From: Amoeboaphelidium protococcarum X5
Lineage: Eukaryota; Fungi; Aphelidiomycota
NCBI GenBank assembly: GCA_023515725.1
Contig: JALDTO010000098.1
Span: 832,164 to 896,163, forward strand
Direction: 5' to 3'
DNA: 64,000 nucleotides
This document shows positions 13,968-27,414 of the stretch, one piece after another. A program made the position numbers and the translations under genes. The first letter of the stretch is position 1. The number at the start of each line of letters is the position of its first letter. The notes beneath the pieces are model-generated. The model had not been told where the DNA came from and ran no database searches. It saw only the letters and a program-made list of their open reading frames with translations.

Positions 13968-15122
13968 ATGGATAACTTGTCTCACATATCTGAAGAGGAG
14001 GAGGAAGAGGTTGATTTTGATATTGAATTTCTGAGTATTAGTGGCCTTGGATTGGACTGTATTCCGACTGATGTGGGCTTATTTCAGCGATTGACTACTC
14101 TCTGCTGCAATGACAATTTTATCACTGATATTCCCAATATATTAACAGAATTGCCTTTGCGATGGCTTTATCTTTGTGGAAATTAATTGACTGACAGTGC
14201 AGTGTGGATGGTGGATTGGACGCGATTTCAATGTCTGCAAATGGTTGATCTGTCCAATAATGCCCTTACTCTATTTCCATAGAGTATAGCCTCGTGTCAA
14301 ACCGTGAAATTTCTATCTATAGCTGATAATGAATAGATTTAGTCCATTCAAGAAGGGGTGTTGCAGGAGTTTGAGAGATTGTAGTGTATCAATATCGCTG
14401 GCACTAGAATCCTTAAGGAGCAGAGGGATCCCACTGTTATAAAAGAGATTTAACATAGTAGAGTATCAAAAATAATTGTCGATTAGTCGTAATGTTTATA
14501 TTTGGGATCCGTCTATGACCGAAAAGAGCGCGATTTTTAGATTGTTATTACCAGGCATTGTGTAAGCGATCAAGAGCTTCTGATGAAGCGATTATTGGAT
14601 AAACGTAAGATGTTTTAATGGCCATCTGTCCCGTCTATGCCATAGATGTAAATAGTCGATGAATCGAAATATTAGGTGGAACGAGACGAGATACCGCCTC
14701 AGCCTGAATAGAATTTTGAATTATTGGTGGAGTTACATAATGAAGCTCAGTTCAAAGACGCGTATAAAGTTGATGATACCTTACAACTTGAAATCCTGAA
14801 CATTCCACCACCGATCATTTAGCCTTTACCAGATGACATTGTCTCTCCGCCGCCGCCAAAATAGGATGAATTTACGCTATTGCTTCCTAGTCCTCCGCCT
14901 TCACCCGAGTTTGATTATATGCTAGAGAAGGTTTTAACTGATAATGGAGAAACAGACGTTAACCTCAAGATGCTTCTTCCACCTCCGAGCATCGTCCCCC
15001 GATAGTCTGCTTCGAATCCAATTACTTCAACTTCCATTACGTGCGGCTCTTGTAATCAGCCAGTTAGTCTCGGATGGGTCCAAGTTCTGGGTAGTAAGAT
15101 ATATCATCGCGATTGTAAATGA
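13968..15122 (+). CDS. Leucine-rich-repeat protein with Pro-rich linker and the start of a LIM-type zinc finger; true 3' end unresolved (probably spliced)
   Basis: LRR consensus repeats (LTTLCCNDNFITDIP, LRWLYLCGNQLT, LQMVDLSNNALT, VKFLSIADNEI), PPPP tracts, then CGSC-x17-HRDC immediately before a GTAAAT possible donor. Confidence 0.7.
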
Positions 15123-15369
15123 ACTTTATGGTTTGAAATACGACGATTTCTTGTTTTGTTTAGAATGGATTGTCTTTTCTCTAACACCTCATTTTTATCA
15201 CCATCATAAACATGAAACTAGAAAGACATACTGTAGTTACCTATAAGTTTGTCGGTAATTTGAATACCGTATAACTGCCCATGGATCGGAAGTAACAGCG
15301 AAAAAGTATGGATATTTATAATGGAAGCGGGATAGTAGACAACGCAACAACAGTCTAAGAATCAATCAA

Positions 15370-17169
15370 TCACAATTTGTACATAACTTTCATTTGATAG
15401 AACCTCCGCATTTCCCTCTCAGTGCTCCGCGATACAAACAGAGATGATATGTTGATAAACAGGGTAATAATGAGCATCCTCACAGTCTGACCATCCACTT
15501 GCTGCCCAAATAACCAAATGTTCATACAAGATATGAAGATGGTGATGAACAGCAGAGACGACACTATTAGATACGAGTGGAACCTCATGCCAGTAGATGG
15601 AGCTAGAAATGACATTAACAATATGAATCCATTCAATTGAGAGATATACTTTGACACTCCAACTATATACTTATTCAAAAGCTCCTGATTGTATCTGGCA
15701 ATTACAATCTGGTTCTCATTCACAATAGCATAAACATTGGGTGCAATACTGGTCACATTAAAGCCGTCAATCACTTGATATCTATCAAATTCGCTATACG
15801 TGAATGGCTTTAGAAGTGGAGGTGGTAGCCATCTGAGATTATGCTCAATGAGAGTTCCATTTGAATGCGATGGAGTGTTGAGGGAAGGATTCTCACCAAA
15901 CGGATCCAATTGCTGGTAGACCAACTACAAGTCAACGTGCTATTGCATTATCAACAGCAAATTACCCACCACTATCATGAAGCACGCTATAGATATAATG
16001 TACTACAACAGCATAGGACGCGAATTAATGGCTGGCAGATGGATGACAATCATAGACACAGTGGCAACCAACGGGATATAGCCAAGCCTGACAATATACT
16101 CAAACACGGTGGACTGACCAAGGATAATATTCAGGACCATTGTGGATATGCACGCAGCAGTTGACACTGTTATGAACAATCTAATTCTATTAATGGCAAA
16201 GATGTTAGAATACTTTTCAAACTGTCGCTCCAGCCAGTTGTTCTCAAAAGACATACAGATCTTGTATTTCCAAAAATCTCTCCATACAATGTCCAGCGAT
16301 CTCCGGGAGTATCTAGATTACAGTGCATCCGGAATATGTGAAATGATACCAGGCAAGTCCTTTGTAATTATATCCAGAATATCATCATTATCATTAATTT
16401 CGGCAAGCTCTGCATTAAGAGAGCTCTGGTCAACAATAAATCTAGATGAGGAGGAGGCAAACTTCTTCTTCCATAACAGCTCTATATTCTACAGGTACCT
16501 GACCAAGAATACGCGCCGTATAAACATCTCTCGCCCGTACCTCCCAACAAAGGCAAACACAAACGCCAGCAGCAGAGGCATAAAGTAATTCACCAGGTAC
16601 GGAAATATCTCCTTGTATCGACGCGTCACCAGCAGTCCAATAACGCAGCATAGGAACTGAGAGGCCACAATAACGGCACATAGAGGAAGTGAGTCGCTCA
16701 GCCTGATCACGTTGATGCCAAACAGAAAGAACATCCATATAATGGACATACAATCAAGATCCAGGTAATCGCCAAGACTGAGGAGTACTATAGGCTAACC
16801 CACCGTCCATATCCAAGACACTAAAAACAGGCAGATGGCCATAGTGCGATGAATATGTGGAATCATATGAACCTGACGCACTCTGAACCAGCAGTACACG
16901 ATAGGAAATAACGACAAGCCAAGACTGATGGAGTATAGAAAGAATCTGAACGTGCTCTCAGTCATCCAGTAGAACAGGACATTAAGCAGCGTGGCAGCAG
17001 TAACAAAATACGTGAATGCTTTAGTGTATTTGTGGTACTTTAGATTGATTGCATAGAGGTATGCTCGCTCAATTTTCTAATCATTAAACTGCAACGTCCA
17101 GCTACGTATGGCGTCATTGAGAGTAAAAATTTCTGGCGCAAGCTTGAACAGATCTTTAATATTAACCAT
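15370..17169 (-). CDS. Polytopic membrane protein, 599 aa, two ~6-TM cassettes resembling the membrane anchors of class III adenylyl cyclases
   Basis: Single frame, ATG 17169 to TGA 15370. Internal duplication: TLQFNDQKIERAY...REMFIRRVFL and MSFENNWLERQFEKY...EREMRRFY. Confidence 0.7.
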
Positions 17170-17676
17170 CTGTCCGCTAATATCCCAAATACACCTATTA
17201 ACACACTGACTGACAAAGCCTCTATTTAAGAATTTACAGAAAAGGCGTCAAATCCCTCTATGAGAATAGACGCAATGTAACACGGTTTACATTGATCCAA
17301 GGGGTCGCATCGCCTTCGCGCTAAGATGCTGATTTCTAGTACGTTACTCAGCAATAATCGCGCCTGCCTTTATAATAAATCTCAACGAAGTGCTAGATCT
17401 ATTAAAGCCATTGGTATGATCAGTCACATTAAAGATAATTGGGCTAATGACTGTGTAATAAACTCGGCTTTCTATTCTATAACATTTAATCAGTGCTGAT
17501 TTGTCACAGTCCCCTCGTTCGTTCGAAGTTCTGCGGTCGGGGGGTTTCGTTCTTTAGAGCTCTCTTTCTCCATCTTTTTTCATTGAAGTGCCGCGCTAAG
17601 AACATTGAAAGTGCCTTGAATTCATATTAAACTGAATTATCTTATTTAGTTTATTAATTACATTGAAAGAGAAGAT

Positions 17677-18871
17677 ATGAAGATTACAGTCAAGACTTTG
17701 CAGTAGAAAACTTTCAACTTTGAGGTGGAGCTTTCAGACACGGTATATTACTTTCTTGGACACTTATTAACTCATCATACCATCTCAGTCTTATAATGGA
17801 CATTCTTTATTATTGTAGGTTCTTAAAGTTAAAGAGAAGATTGCAGCGTAAGACTCGTTGAATGCTTCGAGTACAGATTTGTAAAAGTTGATTTTTAGTG
17901 GAAAGATTTTGGAGAATGAGAAGCTGTTGTCAGATTATGGAGTCAAAGATGGGGATTTTATAGTGCTCATGGTGACTAAGCCTAAAGTTGAAAAGAAGTA
18001 GACTGCTCCTGCGGCTACACCTGCTCCTGCTACTCCTGCAGCTAAATAAACTTCCGGTGCGTCATAGTCAAAGTAATAGCAATTACAACCCGCTGCTCCT
18101 TAGAAGAAGGAAGGTGGTGCAATTTAAGTGCAGTAGTAATTGCAACAAGCTAGTCCTTCGGGAGGCGGATAGTTTTCAACTGGTGCCAGTGCTCTGCTCT
18201 CAGGCGAATAATACCAAGCGGCGGTGAATAATCTGTGCGAGATGGGCTTCACCAAGGAAGAAGTTGTTAAGGCTATGCGCGCTGCATTTAACAATCCAGA
18301 TCGTGCCGTCGAGTATCTAATGTCTGGTATCCCGGCTGAGTTGGCATAAAGTCAGGCAGGTGCTGGTGGTAGTGATGAGAATGCTTCTACTACTGCCACG
18401 GCTGGTGGAGATGTAGATGCTGCCGGTGAAGGAGATATGGATGATGTTGATGTGGGAGGTGTTGGTGAAGAGTACGATGATCAGGCGATGGAGCAAGGAC
18501 CTTCACCATTTGATGAGCTGAGACAAGTTCCGCAGTTTGAACAGTTGAGACAGATGGTGCTGACTAATCCTCAGATGCTGGAGCCTATTCTGGGTCAACT
18601 CGCTCAGTCTCATCCGCACCTGCTATAACTGATTGCATAGAATCCACAGCAGTTTTTCCAATGGCTGGCATATAGTGGTGGTGGCGAAGGAGGTGTGCCT
18701 GAAGGGGCCACTGTTATCCGACTCACCCGGGAAGAAAATGAAGCTATCGAGAGACTTGTGGCACTTGGATTTGATAGAAATTCGGCTGTGGAGGCATATC
18801 TGGCCTGTGATAAGAACGAGATGCTTGCTGCCAACTACTTGTTTGATTTGAACTAGCAAGACTTTTAGTGA
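17677..18871 (+). CDS. RAD23: UV excision repair / proteasome shuttle Rad23; intron 17743-17818
   Basis: [27 protein letters not shown]; UBA EMGF...[16 protein letters not shown]; XPC-binding [10 protein letters not shown]; UBA2 [17 protein letters not shown]. Confidence 0.96.
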
Positions 18872-18948
18872 AGATTAAAGGGATAAAATTTTACGAGTAC
18901 GCATGAAGAATATGAAATATATATGCTAGTAACACTATGAAATCATTA

Positions 18949-21900
18949 TCAATGTTTATAACTCTAGTTTCCTTGGTTTTACTTTGAATTCTAGTGCTAT
19001 TGATTCTACTGATGCTGATTCTAACCGCCACTGACAGGTCTACCTTAAGCATCGTACCAAATATGCTATGACTGTGCTCCTTGCTGGGGGTAATTATACT
19101 GCTATTACTAATTGTAGCCATAATACTATTATTATTGCTACCCATAACCATAATTTTATTACGCGTATCCATACTAGTATTGTTAATACGAAGATCCGTA
19201 ATAAGATTGCTACTGCTACTACTGCCCATAATATTGCTATTAAGTTCCATTCTAAGCAGGGTATCCAGATTGGTAAGATATTTAATGCTGTGCAAAATTA
19301 GATGCAGACTGCGGATAAACCTGCTACTGGGACTGGCCATCAAAGTTCTAACTACTTGACTATCGATTAAATGATGATGATGATTATGAAGATTGGCTAG
19401 CATGTCGACTCTAAGTACTCCTCCTTTAACGTCCACCCAACACAAACTGGCGATCATCTTCCGAGAGCACTCGCGCAGGCACTTTGGCATTTCTAGGTAT
19501 CTCAGCTGGAAAGCAATAGCCATCTTTCGGCTTGGTGTTGTAGTAATGCAGCGATATGGTCGAATGAACCTTCAGATCTGCCATACCAAACTGTTTAAAT
19601 GCACTCTTTACTGCACTGCCTTCTCTGAGAGCTTAATCAAACGGCTACACAGAGCCAGACAATAAAGCAATACCAGCATTCAAAGTCATTGGCTTCTTTA
19701 ATTTCTTACTACTACTATCATCATCGTAGCACACTTTCAAAAGATTATAGAGACGATTGCTTCGCTTACAAATGTACAAAATATCTTATCCAAACTGATC
19801 CAACTATAGCTCCTACTGATCAAGAAGAGCATATGACTACTCCATAGCATCCTTCAATCTATTCTCATCAATGAAGGGCAATAACGCTACTCCTTACCAG
19901 GCATACTTTTTACCATTCAAATCAATCTTAAAATCTTCAGGATAAAAGTCAATAATAGTAGAATCTTCTTTGGTCATCAGATGATGAAATTAATGAGGAA
20001 TGTGGCTCTTGGATCCGGCTGGCAGGACACCCATCAACTACTCAAACGGCTTAAATGGTGTACCTTTGTCAAATTCTATCTTGCACTCTGCCTACAGGTC
20101 AGTGAGTTCAAAATCCTGAGCAAACGGAGCATAATGGTACGGGAAATACCACTTCCACGACTGACAACCTTGAAAGTAGTACTTTAACACCCAGCATAAT
20201 CCTTCAACATAAGAATGTACAAGCTTCTTTCTAAAATCAACGTCAGCCGCATCAACTCCAAACTTGCGCTCATAATACCGATCTCTATACCCATCTTCCC
20301 AAAGACGTACATTATCTGCATTCGGATCATCCTCTTCTTCATCATCGTCAACTTCTTCTATTTCTTTTTAATCTTAATCGCCGTTCTCTTTAACCTCTTA
20401 TTGTTCAGTCTATATAGCATCAATATCCTAAAAATTCTCCTAGGAGTTTGAAGTAATACTGTCCTCAATAGCAATTGCTACCTCATCCTTAGATTAACTT
20501 TCATCAACATTGACGACAATGACTTTACTAGAAGGTAAATTACCATTCTGATCACCACCATCAGCCTCTTCTACACTCTCTTTAGAATCATCGCCAATAT
20601 CAATGCGCGATCTCTTACCAAGCAGCTTCTACCTCATCATCTCCGCGTGAGAGAAATTGCTCTTATTCTTCTACTCCAGAGTCTCTTTAACGAATTTCTA
20701 ATTCATCTCCTTCACCTTGTCAGGCCTATTGATAGGAATTACCTCCAATGACCTCTATTCCAAAATACGATTAGCTTTTTGCTCAGCTCTGCGGTCCTAT
20801 TAACTTATCGTAGACTATTTCCTATCCTACTTTTTATCATTATATCTATCCTCGCGTGCCTTCTATCTAGCCAAATGTTCATCTTCACGCTTCTTACGAT
20901 CCTAGAAAATCTTTGGCTCTTCCTACCCAACAGCCTCCATTAGAATCTACAGCCGCTGCAAATCAACGTCTCCTTTATGCACCAGATAGCCACCCATCTT
21001 CTGCAAATTGTCTTTATAAAGTCTAATCAGTCGACTAATGGCATCTTCACGAATCTCCAGCGATGGCATGTGCGGCAAGAAATCATTTCCCACAAAGAAG
21101 CACAAGAAGATCCAATCATCAATAGCTCGTTCAACATCAAACTTGAAATTTTATAAATTGGGCACAAACATTTCCACCTCGAGGTATTCTCTCAGCACGT
21201 TCACATTCAGAAATATGAATGGTTTAAGTACATGTACGTCATTATTAGTGGAACTCTGGCCTTGATTCAAATTCAACTGCCCTGTGCACTGATCCGATTT
21301 GTGTCCAAACTGATTACATCTGTAACATTTCTAATCTTTATCATTCTAAAAGAACACGTCCTCTCTCAGCACTTTGAAGTGAGGCTCATGTGTCAACAAC
21401 GCAAGCATAATGAGATCCGCGTCCAGTCCGTAAATAACATGCTTGAGATTGGGGTTATGCATCTAGTGAGCACGTTATCCTCTCAGATACTCCATAATCT
21501 TGTGCTCACCCTCACCAGGCACACTTGCATCTGACAATATAACTTTACACTCGCCCCATGCACCTTCTTCCAATCTCTGAGCTATATAGTATTAGAGAGA
21601 ATCTGACAACTTCTTCATGAAAGGAGTACCTGGAGTAATACAGTTGGAATCAAACCTCTCCTCCTCCTATTCGCCAGAGCCTTCCTCCCCACCTTTAGAA
21701 TTATCCTCCGCAAACACACCAGAATCTATTAAATCTTAACGCGCCTTTTTGGCAGACTCAGCTTATGCCTTGGCCTCTTACGCCGTCCTAAACCGCCTAC
21801 TTCTCTACTGATTCATTTTAGCCCTTGGCGCAGTTCCGTCAATGGCCATGTAGAGAAGCTTCCGCGGTCGAACGATGGCCATGATCCTATCAATGTACCT

Positions 21901-22146
21901 AAAAATCTCAATCATTGCCTCATCTTCATTCTTAGGCGGTGGCTTATCCTCGGGATGAGTACAAGGGTGCACTATACCATTCATGTCCAGGTAGAGATTA
22001 TCAAATTCCTCCCCATTCGGATTAGGCTAACTAAGATCAATAGGAATCTCAATTCCATCCACAGAATTCGGTAACTCTTCTTTACACTTGGAGATAATTT
22101 TGGGATAATTTTTCTACAACCATCTAAACAATGCAGGAACTCCCAT
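18949..22146 (-). CDS. XRN2: 5'-3' exoribonuclease 2 (Rat1/Xrn2) with Q/Y/G/N-rich C-terminal tail
   Basis: [95 protein letters not shown]. Confidence 0.96.
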
Positions 22147-22463
22147 CTCGACTCTACTACTAATGGACTATAATTATACGACAGAAGTCAATACTTATAT
22201 CGGTGTGAAAATAGAAGAAAGAAAGTCGCTCGGGAAGATTCAATCGTTTCAGAAGAAAACAACGCGTCGAGTCACAGTCACTAACGGTAGAGCAAAGACG
22301 TCCATTACTGTCTCACCCCTTGGTATATCAAGCTGTTAATTGGTGTCAATTGGATACTCATTCTTAGAAAAAACATATCCCATCACTACTTTCCATATCG
22401 ATAGCAAATGGGCGTTCTCAAAATGAAACAATACATCAACAACATGGCGTTCATCAATTGATC

Positions 22464-23195
22464 TCAAGTGAGCAAATCGAAAGATTTCAACAACTGGCCA
22501 GATAGACTGTTGATTAAAAATCCCACTGATGTATAAAACATTGCAGTAAGATAAGAAGTATCCAGAAACACTGACAATGCCTCTGTGTTTGAAGTAAATA
22601 CGAGCAGATCCACCATGTAAAACCATTCCCATCCAAACATATGTCCAAAAGACTTTTAATAGTCCCAAATCACCATGGGCAGGAGGAGAAGTTTCGGAAA
22701 CGAGCTAATGATGAGCGCTATAGATATGTAGTTGAACTTCACGATGGCATACCGAGCGGGCAGAGTTAATAGAACAAGTCCCCTCACAACGACGTGATAC
22801 AATAATACATCCAGTGCACTCCTGAGGAGTAATTACGCATAATTGCTAGCATAAAAACAGATTGCATCTGCTTGAGAAATCAAATTGTCAGATGTTTATA
22901 AGTATCCATTTCGGAGAGTTCTGACATAGACATCAAACAGCAACTAGAGAATAAGTATTCGTATTACAGGCATACCGAGACCATGCTCAACATACTCTAA
23001 TCTATTAAATAAAATATGTCGGTACACGTTCTTCTTGTGCAATAGCAGATCGATAAACAGAAGCGTGAATCCATGTTCAATGTACATATCAGCCACATTA
23101 TTTCCATGAGTACATCGAGTAAGCTTAATATTCCCCTTGCTATATTCAGTATACAGACTGCTCACACTATTACCACATTGCACGCAGACAGGCAT
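22464..23195 (-). CDS. ARV1: Sterol homeostasis protein Arv1
   Basis: MPVCVQCG...LYTEYSKGNIKLTRC, ADMYIE, IDLLLHKKNVYRHILFN, then several TMs with IISSFPK and IWDY. Confidence 0.92.
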
Positions 23196-24493
23196 AATAA
23201 AGTTGCTTGAGAATCCGTCAAAATTTACAAAGGTAGCCAAACACAGTAATCACTCAAAACGATCGGGTACGAACTATAAGATGAATGATGAATAGAAAAT
23301 GAAACAACTACACTGTCTAATCAAGATTAGAGCATCATTTCACCAAACAAATTTGTTTAGTCAAGATTAATAGCCTGAGTGACTGACCCTCAGCGATATG
23401 ATAAATAGCTGTGAGATCCGACTGTGTTGTGGATATTTCCAGCGCGTTTCATCTCAACGACAGATATGCGTACAGTAATGTCAGTTCTTTGGATTTATCC
23501 AAAGTACTATGAAGATTTTTTCTTGTCTGTTAGCACAAACCACGAGGTTAGATCGCGGACTATTCCCTTAGGCCCATAAAAAGTTCTTTTTTTCTCGGGT
23601 ATCAGATCCTGTCAGCTAAATTTGGCGTAGTTGATCAATGCAGTATCGGAATGCAGCATAAGTTGAGGGCTTATTATGGCAAGAAACACAACGACGAACC
23701 GTAAACATTGCTGCTTCTTGAGCATGCGCCGCTTGAAAAACTAAGGCGAATCTAATCTGGTTTGTGGAACACTGGTATGAAAAATTTGTTATTATTAAAA
23801 TGGAAAAATTATATTTTCGGATTCAGCGTCATTCAAATAGTAATCGCCTTTTTTCAGAGTATTTTTATTCGAAAAAACGAATCTAAATGGTGCGAATCTT
23901 AACGGTGGTTCACCTGTATAACAACCACATTTTACAATACAGTTGTTTCAACTCGTATATGAATGAGAAGAGCGACGAGTGCGTCAAGAGCTTCCGCTAA
24001 ACAGTAGCCACAGAATTTAAGCTAGCATAACGAGCTTATGCAATATAGATTCAAACTCCGTTCGCTGATCTTTGAAAGGGCATAAGCTTTTATGGTTAAC
24101 ACAAAATATTCATACTGTAGACGGTATGTTGTTTCATAAGAAATCGGAAGATGAAAGCGTGAAGGAATGATGTAATTGCCGACAAAAGTGCCTAAAATGG
24201 CAATTTAACTTAGAACGGGGTTAGAATCAAGCTGCGCATCAAGCGAGGCATCAAAGGACGAATCAAGGTTTTTGAATCAAGCTAACTTTGAACTCCCCTA
24301 ATATTATCATTCTATTGATACTTTAAGTCATATACATCATTTTGAAAATACGCGCCTGCCATGCACTGGCCTACACCATCCCATCCATCTGATCACTATG
24401 GAAACGTAAATGATCGCACAATCTGAATGAAAATCTTTCATGTTCATACTTAACTTATCTTGAGTTTTGGAATTGAATTGCCTCTTCATAAGT

Positions 24494-25153
24494 ATGGATA
24501 TTGATAGTGAGTCTTGTGTGAAGTGTGATGATTCAGCCAAGGCAGACTGTTAAAGAGAGATCAAAACTACAAAAGGTAAATATGCTCGTGGAGTAGATAC
24601 ATATCCGTCGCCAGTAGTGTCTGAAATTGCTTCACCTCTTCTTTAAAATAATAAAGTGGAACAGATTGCATAGAATCTTGGACCAGCGGATCTCAAAGAG
24701 TTTGTCAAGGTGAAACATGCGGCTCAGTTCTCACCGTAATCAGTATGCAGGCTAGCTCACGTTTCCATGAACATCAACATCTGTGCAGATCATGCGTTCA
24801 AATCTTAACTATTCACAGTTATATAGTCAGATAACGTAATCCAAATATAAATAGTATCCAAGGTGTATTATAAACAGCAAAAAGTGTTCCAGTGCCGAGA
24901 GATATGCCACACCGTGTTTGATGATGTAACAGGATTCTTTCTGGTGGCGGCTGACAACTCAGGCATTGACGGAGAGGTGTAAGAGTTGCTCACAAGAAAT
25001 GTCTCACTTAAAGATTAATCCATAGTTAATAGTTTAGCTTGCATAGAAGATATAATCGTCTCTCAATCAGTAAAGTTGATTGCAGATAATAGAGAATAAT
25101 TCACTAATCAATTTGACGTGGTTACATTTTTTAGAATTAAAAGTAAATATTGA
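24494..25153 (+). CDS. Hypothetical 219 aa protein; C-terminal region loosely resembles the TEAD YAP-binding domain
   Basis: ATG-to-TGA ORF under TAR=Gln. Family resemblance is by eye only; upstream exons cannot be excluded. Confidence 0.5.
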
Positions 25154-25178
25154 AATCATAAAAAATACATCTATTCTA

Positions 25179-26726
25179 TCATACTGTCCCAGTAACTACT
25201 TTTTGATTTAAATTCTAAATATCTGAAGCAACATCATTCGCGTATTATTCCATAAGAAGGTCATCGTCAATCATGGCAAATTTCCAGAAATGTTTAGATA
25301 TATGTCTAGGGACACGGTCGTAAATTCCAATTTCACTCTAATGCAATCCGTCGTCGATATTCTATGCCTTGGATGGAAGCAACCCCAGGCGTCGATACAG
25401 AATTCCCTCACGCCACAATTTGAGGAAACGCGACATGCCAGCCTCAACATCTGGTGCGCCATTTGCCAGTACAGAACCGCGCTGAGTAGCTATAAAGCAC
25501 GCAATTTAATGCATTTCCTCTTACACGCTCAACTATTAAACTGTAGAACCACCGTCTAATGAAGGATCAGTATCCAAAGGAGGCATTCCAAGAATTAATC
25601 TAATGTGAGCATCAAGTTTCCACACGTTCTTAATTCGCCACCACAGATAATGTGATAACTAGGACACTTGGATGCCGCGGACAGAGGATGAAGCATTGGA
25701 TACGAAATGAGTCTCTATCGGTACATTGTTAACGAGTCCAAGATTAAGCAGGCGTAGCAAATTCTTATGCCCTTTCGATGCTCTATCGTCGTCTCTGTAC
25801 AAATCGGGAGGTAATACGCCAGGTGAGTCCATGATGTAAACTCGTAATCTCACTCCATCCATTCGGAGTTACTTTGATATCTCAGTCTCTTTGACTCCAG
25901 CAGGCTACGGATCAACAGTATCTATAACCTTGATCTTCTACGATAAAGATGTTGTGAATCCTGGATTAACTCCCACTGCGGCAACCTTGTCGTTCTTCTA
26001 CCTCTTCCTCAGATTAGGAGCTCTCAAGTACCCCATACCATTGACGCGAAGTGAATTAATGAGAGTGCTTTTACCAGTATTGGGCAAGCCTATCGCCAGG
26101 ATAGTCAGCGCAGGATACGGCACTGATTTATATTGAGACATGGAGTCCCGGTGTATCTGAATCCATCGAGCAACCAAGTGCTGTAGCAGTTGACCAGTCT
26201 AATCCTTATCATCGGACGCTAGAAAGTATTTTGGAGTCTAATCTTCATCAAGAAGTTCTAATCGCTTTGGCCATGATGTGGACGACATATTTCCATCAAT
26301 TAAATCACATTTATTGTACAAAACAACGTGCTCTGGATGCTTAATGGGCGCACCGACCTTCTCGCCCCACGCATTTCTATAATACACAGTCTTTTAGTGC
26401 CCAGTCGAAGACGGAGAAAGCATTCGATTAAATCTCTAATTTACGCTAGATAAAGGTATTCTCGCGTCTCGCACTTCAAGAACCATACCAACGTGATTAT
26501 CAAGCTATTGCTGCGTTGTATGATAGGTATTTAATTTAGAGTTATTTGGATTGTTCTATTTCAATAGTCCTGTTGGTAGCAACCTTTACTCAATCACCTT
26601 CATGCACTTGGCCATATGACCAGGATACCAATTAAGGTTATGTGAATAGTTGTCAAATACTTCCCTCGGCACCTAAACAGGCTTGATACTCGACGCAGGA
26701 GGTAATGATTTGATAAATGCTTACAT
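25179..26726 (-). CDS. MTG1: Mitochondrial ribosome-associated GTPase (YlqF/RbgA family)
   Basis: NWYPGHMAK, LEVRDARIPLSS, VLYNKCDL, IGLPNTGKSTLINSLR, VGVNPGFTT, MDSPGVL. Confidence 0.9.
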
Positions 26727-26896
26727 TCTGCTGATCTTTGCTCAGTTTTTTTCAAGCTTTTAATTGACTGCAAAACACTTTTCTTCACCGCTTGAGAGAA
26801 AAAGGCTCTGATCACATTTTTCATCTCCGTTCTGTTAAAGACCTATATCTTTAAAATTTATTCAGTTATCTATATTAACTGTATCAGTATTTTAAA

Positions 26897-27370
26897 ATGT
26901 CAGCGGTAGTAATTGACGCGTCATTTGGTCTAGTTTAAGAGATAAAGACAAAGTTGAAGAGTATTTTCGATGGAATACTATTGGCGTCTCCAAAGAAGCA
27001 TAGATCTAAGGCTACTGTGCGTGCCAGACATCAAGTCTAATCTCAATAGTTTCTCAAAAAGTTTTAGTTTAACTTTAATAATGAGGATGATGATAATAAA
27101 AAGGAAGACGATCGTAATAGTTAATAGAATGACAAACAGAAGAGCAACAGCGACAAGGATGATTAATTACCGACATTGAAAGCCAACACGAAGAAGGTCT
27201 ACTTCTAGCTATCAAGGGACACGAATATGAATGATACTTTCACGCGATGTCCTCTATGTAATGGTTGGAAGCTCTAGAAATAAATGTGCCTTAATTGCTT
27301 CCAAGCCCTTCATGGTAGAAGCATACGTGTGAAAGATCCTAATTAAAATGATTCGTCAACTGACGCGTGA
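26897..27370 (+). CDS. MRPL32: Mitochondrial ribosomal protein bL32m with an acidic low-complexity insertion
   Basis: DGILLASPKKHRSK followed later by the zinc ribbon CPLC-x9-CLNC. Confidence 0.75.
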
Positions 27371-27414
27371 GTTTATATATACTGAATTTATTTTAGATAA
27401 AACCAATTTATATT

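Noticed and set aside
18891-19523. 210 aa minus-strand ORF in the track
   Set aside because: Alternative frame over the low-complexity Xrn2 tail.
23280-24480. Short ORFs on both strands between ARV1 and the 24494 ORF
   Set aside because: All frames tried hit TGA early; no recognisable motif or convincing splice model.
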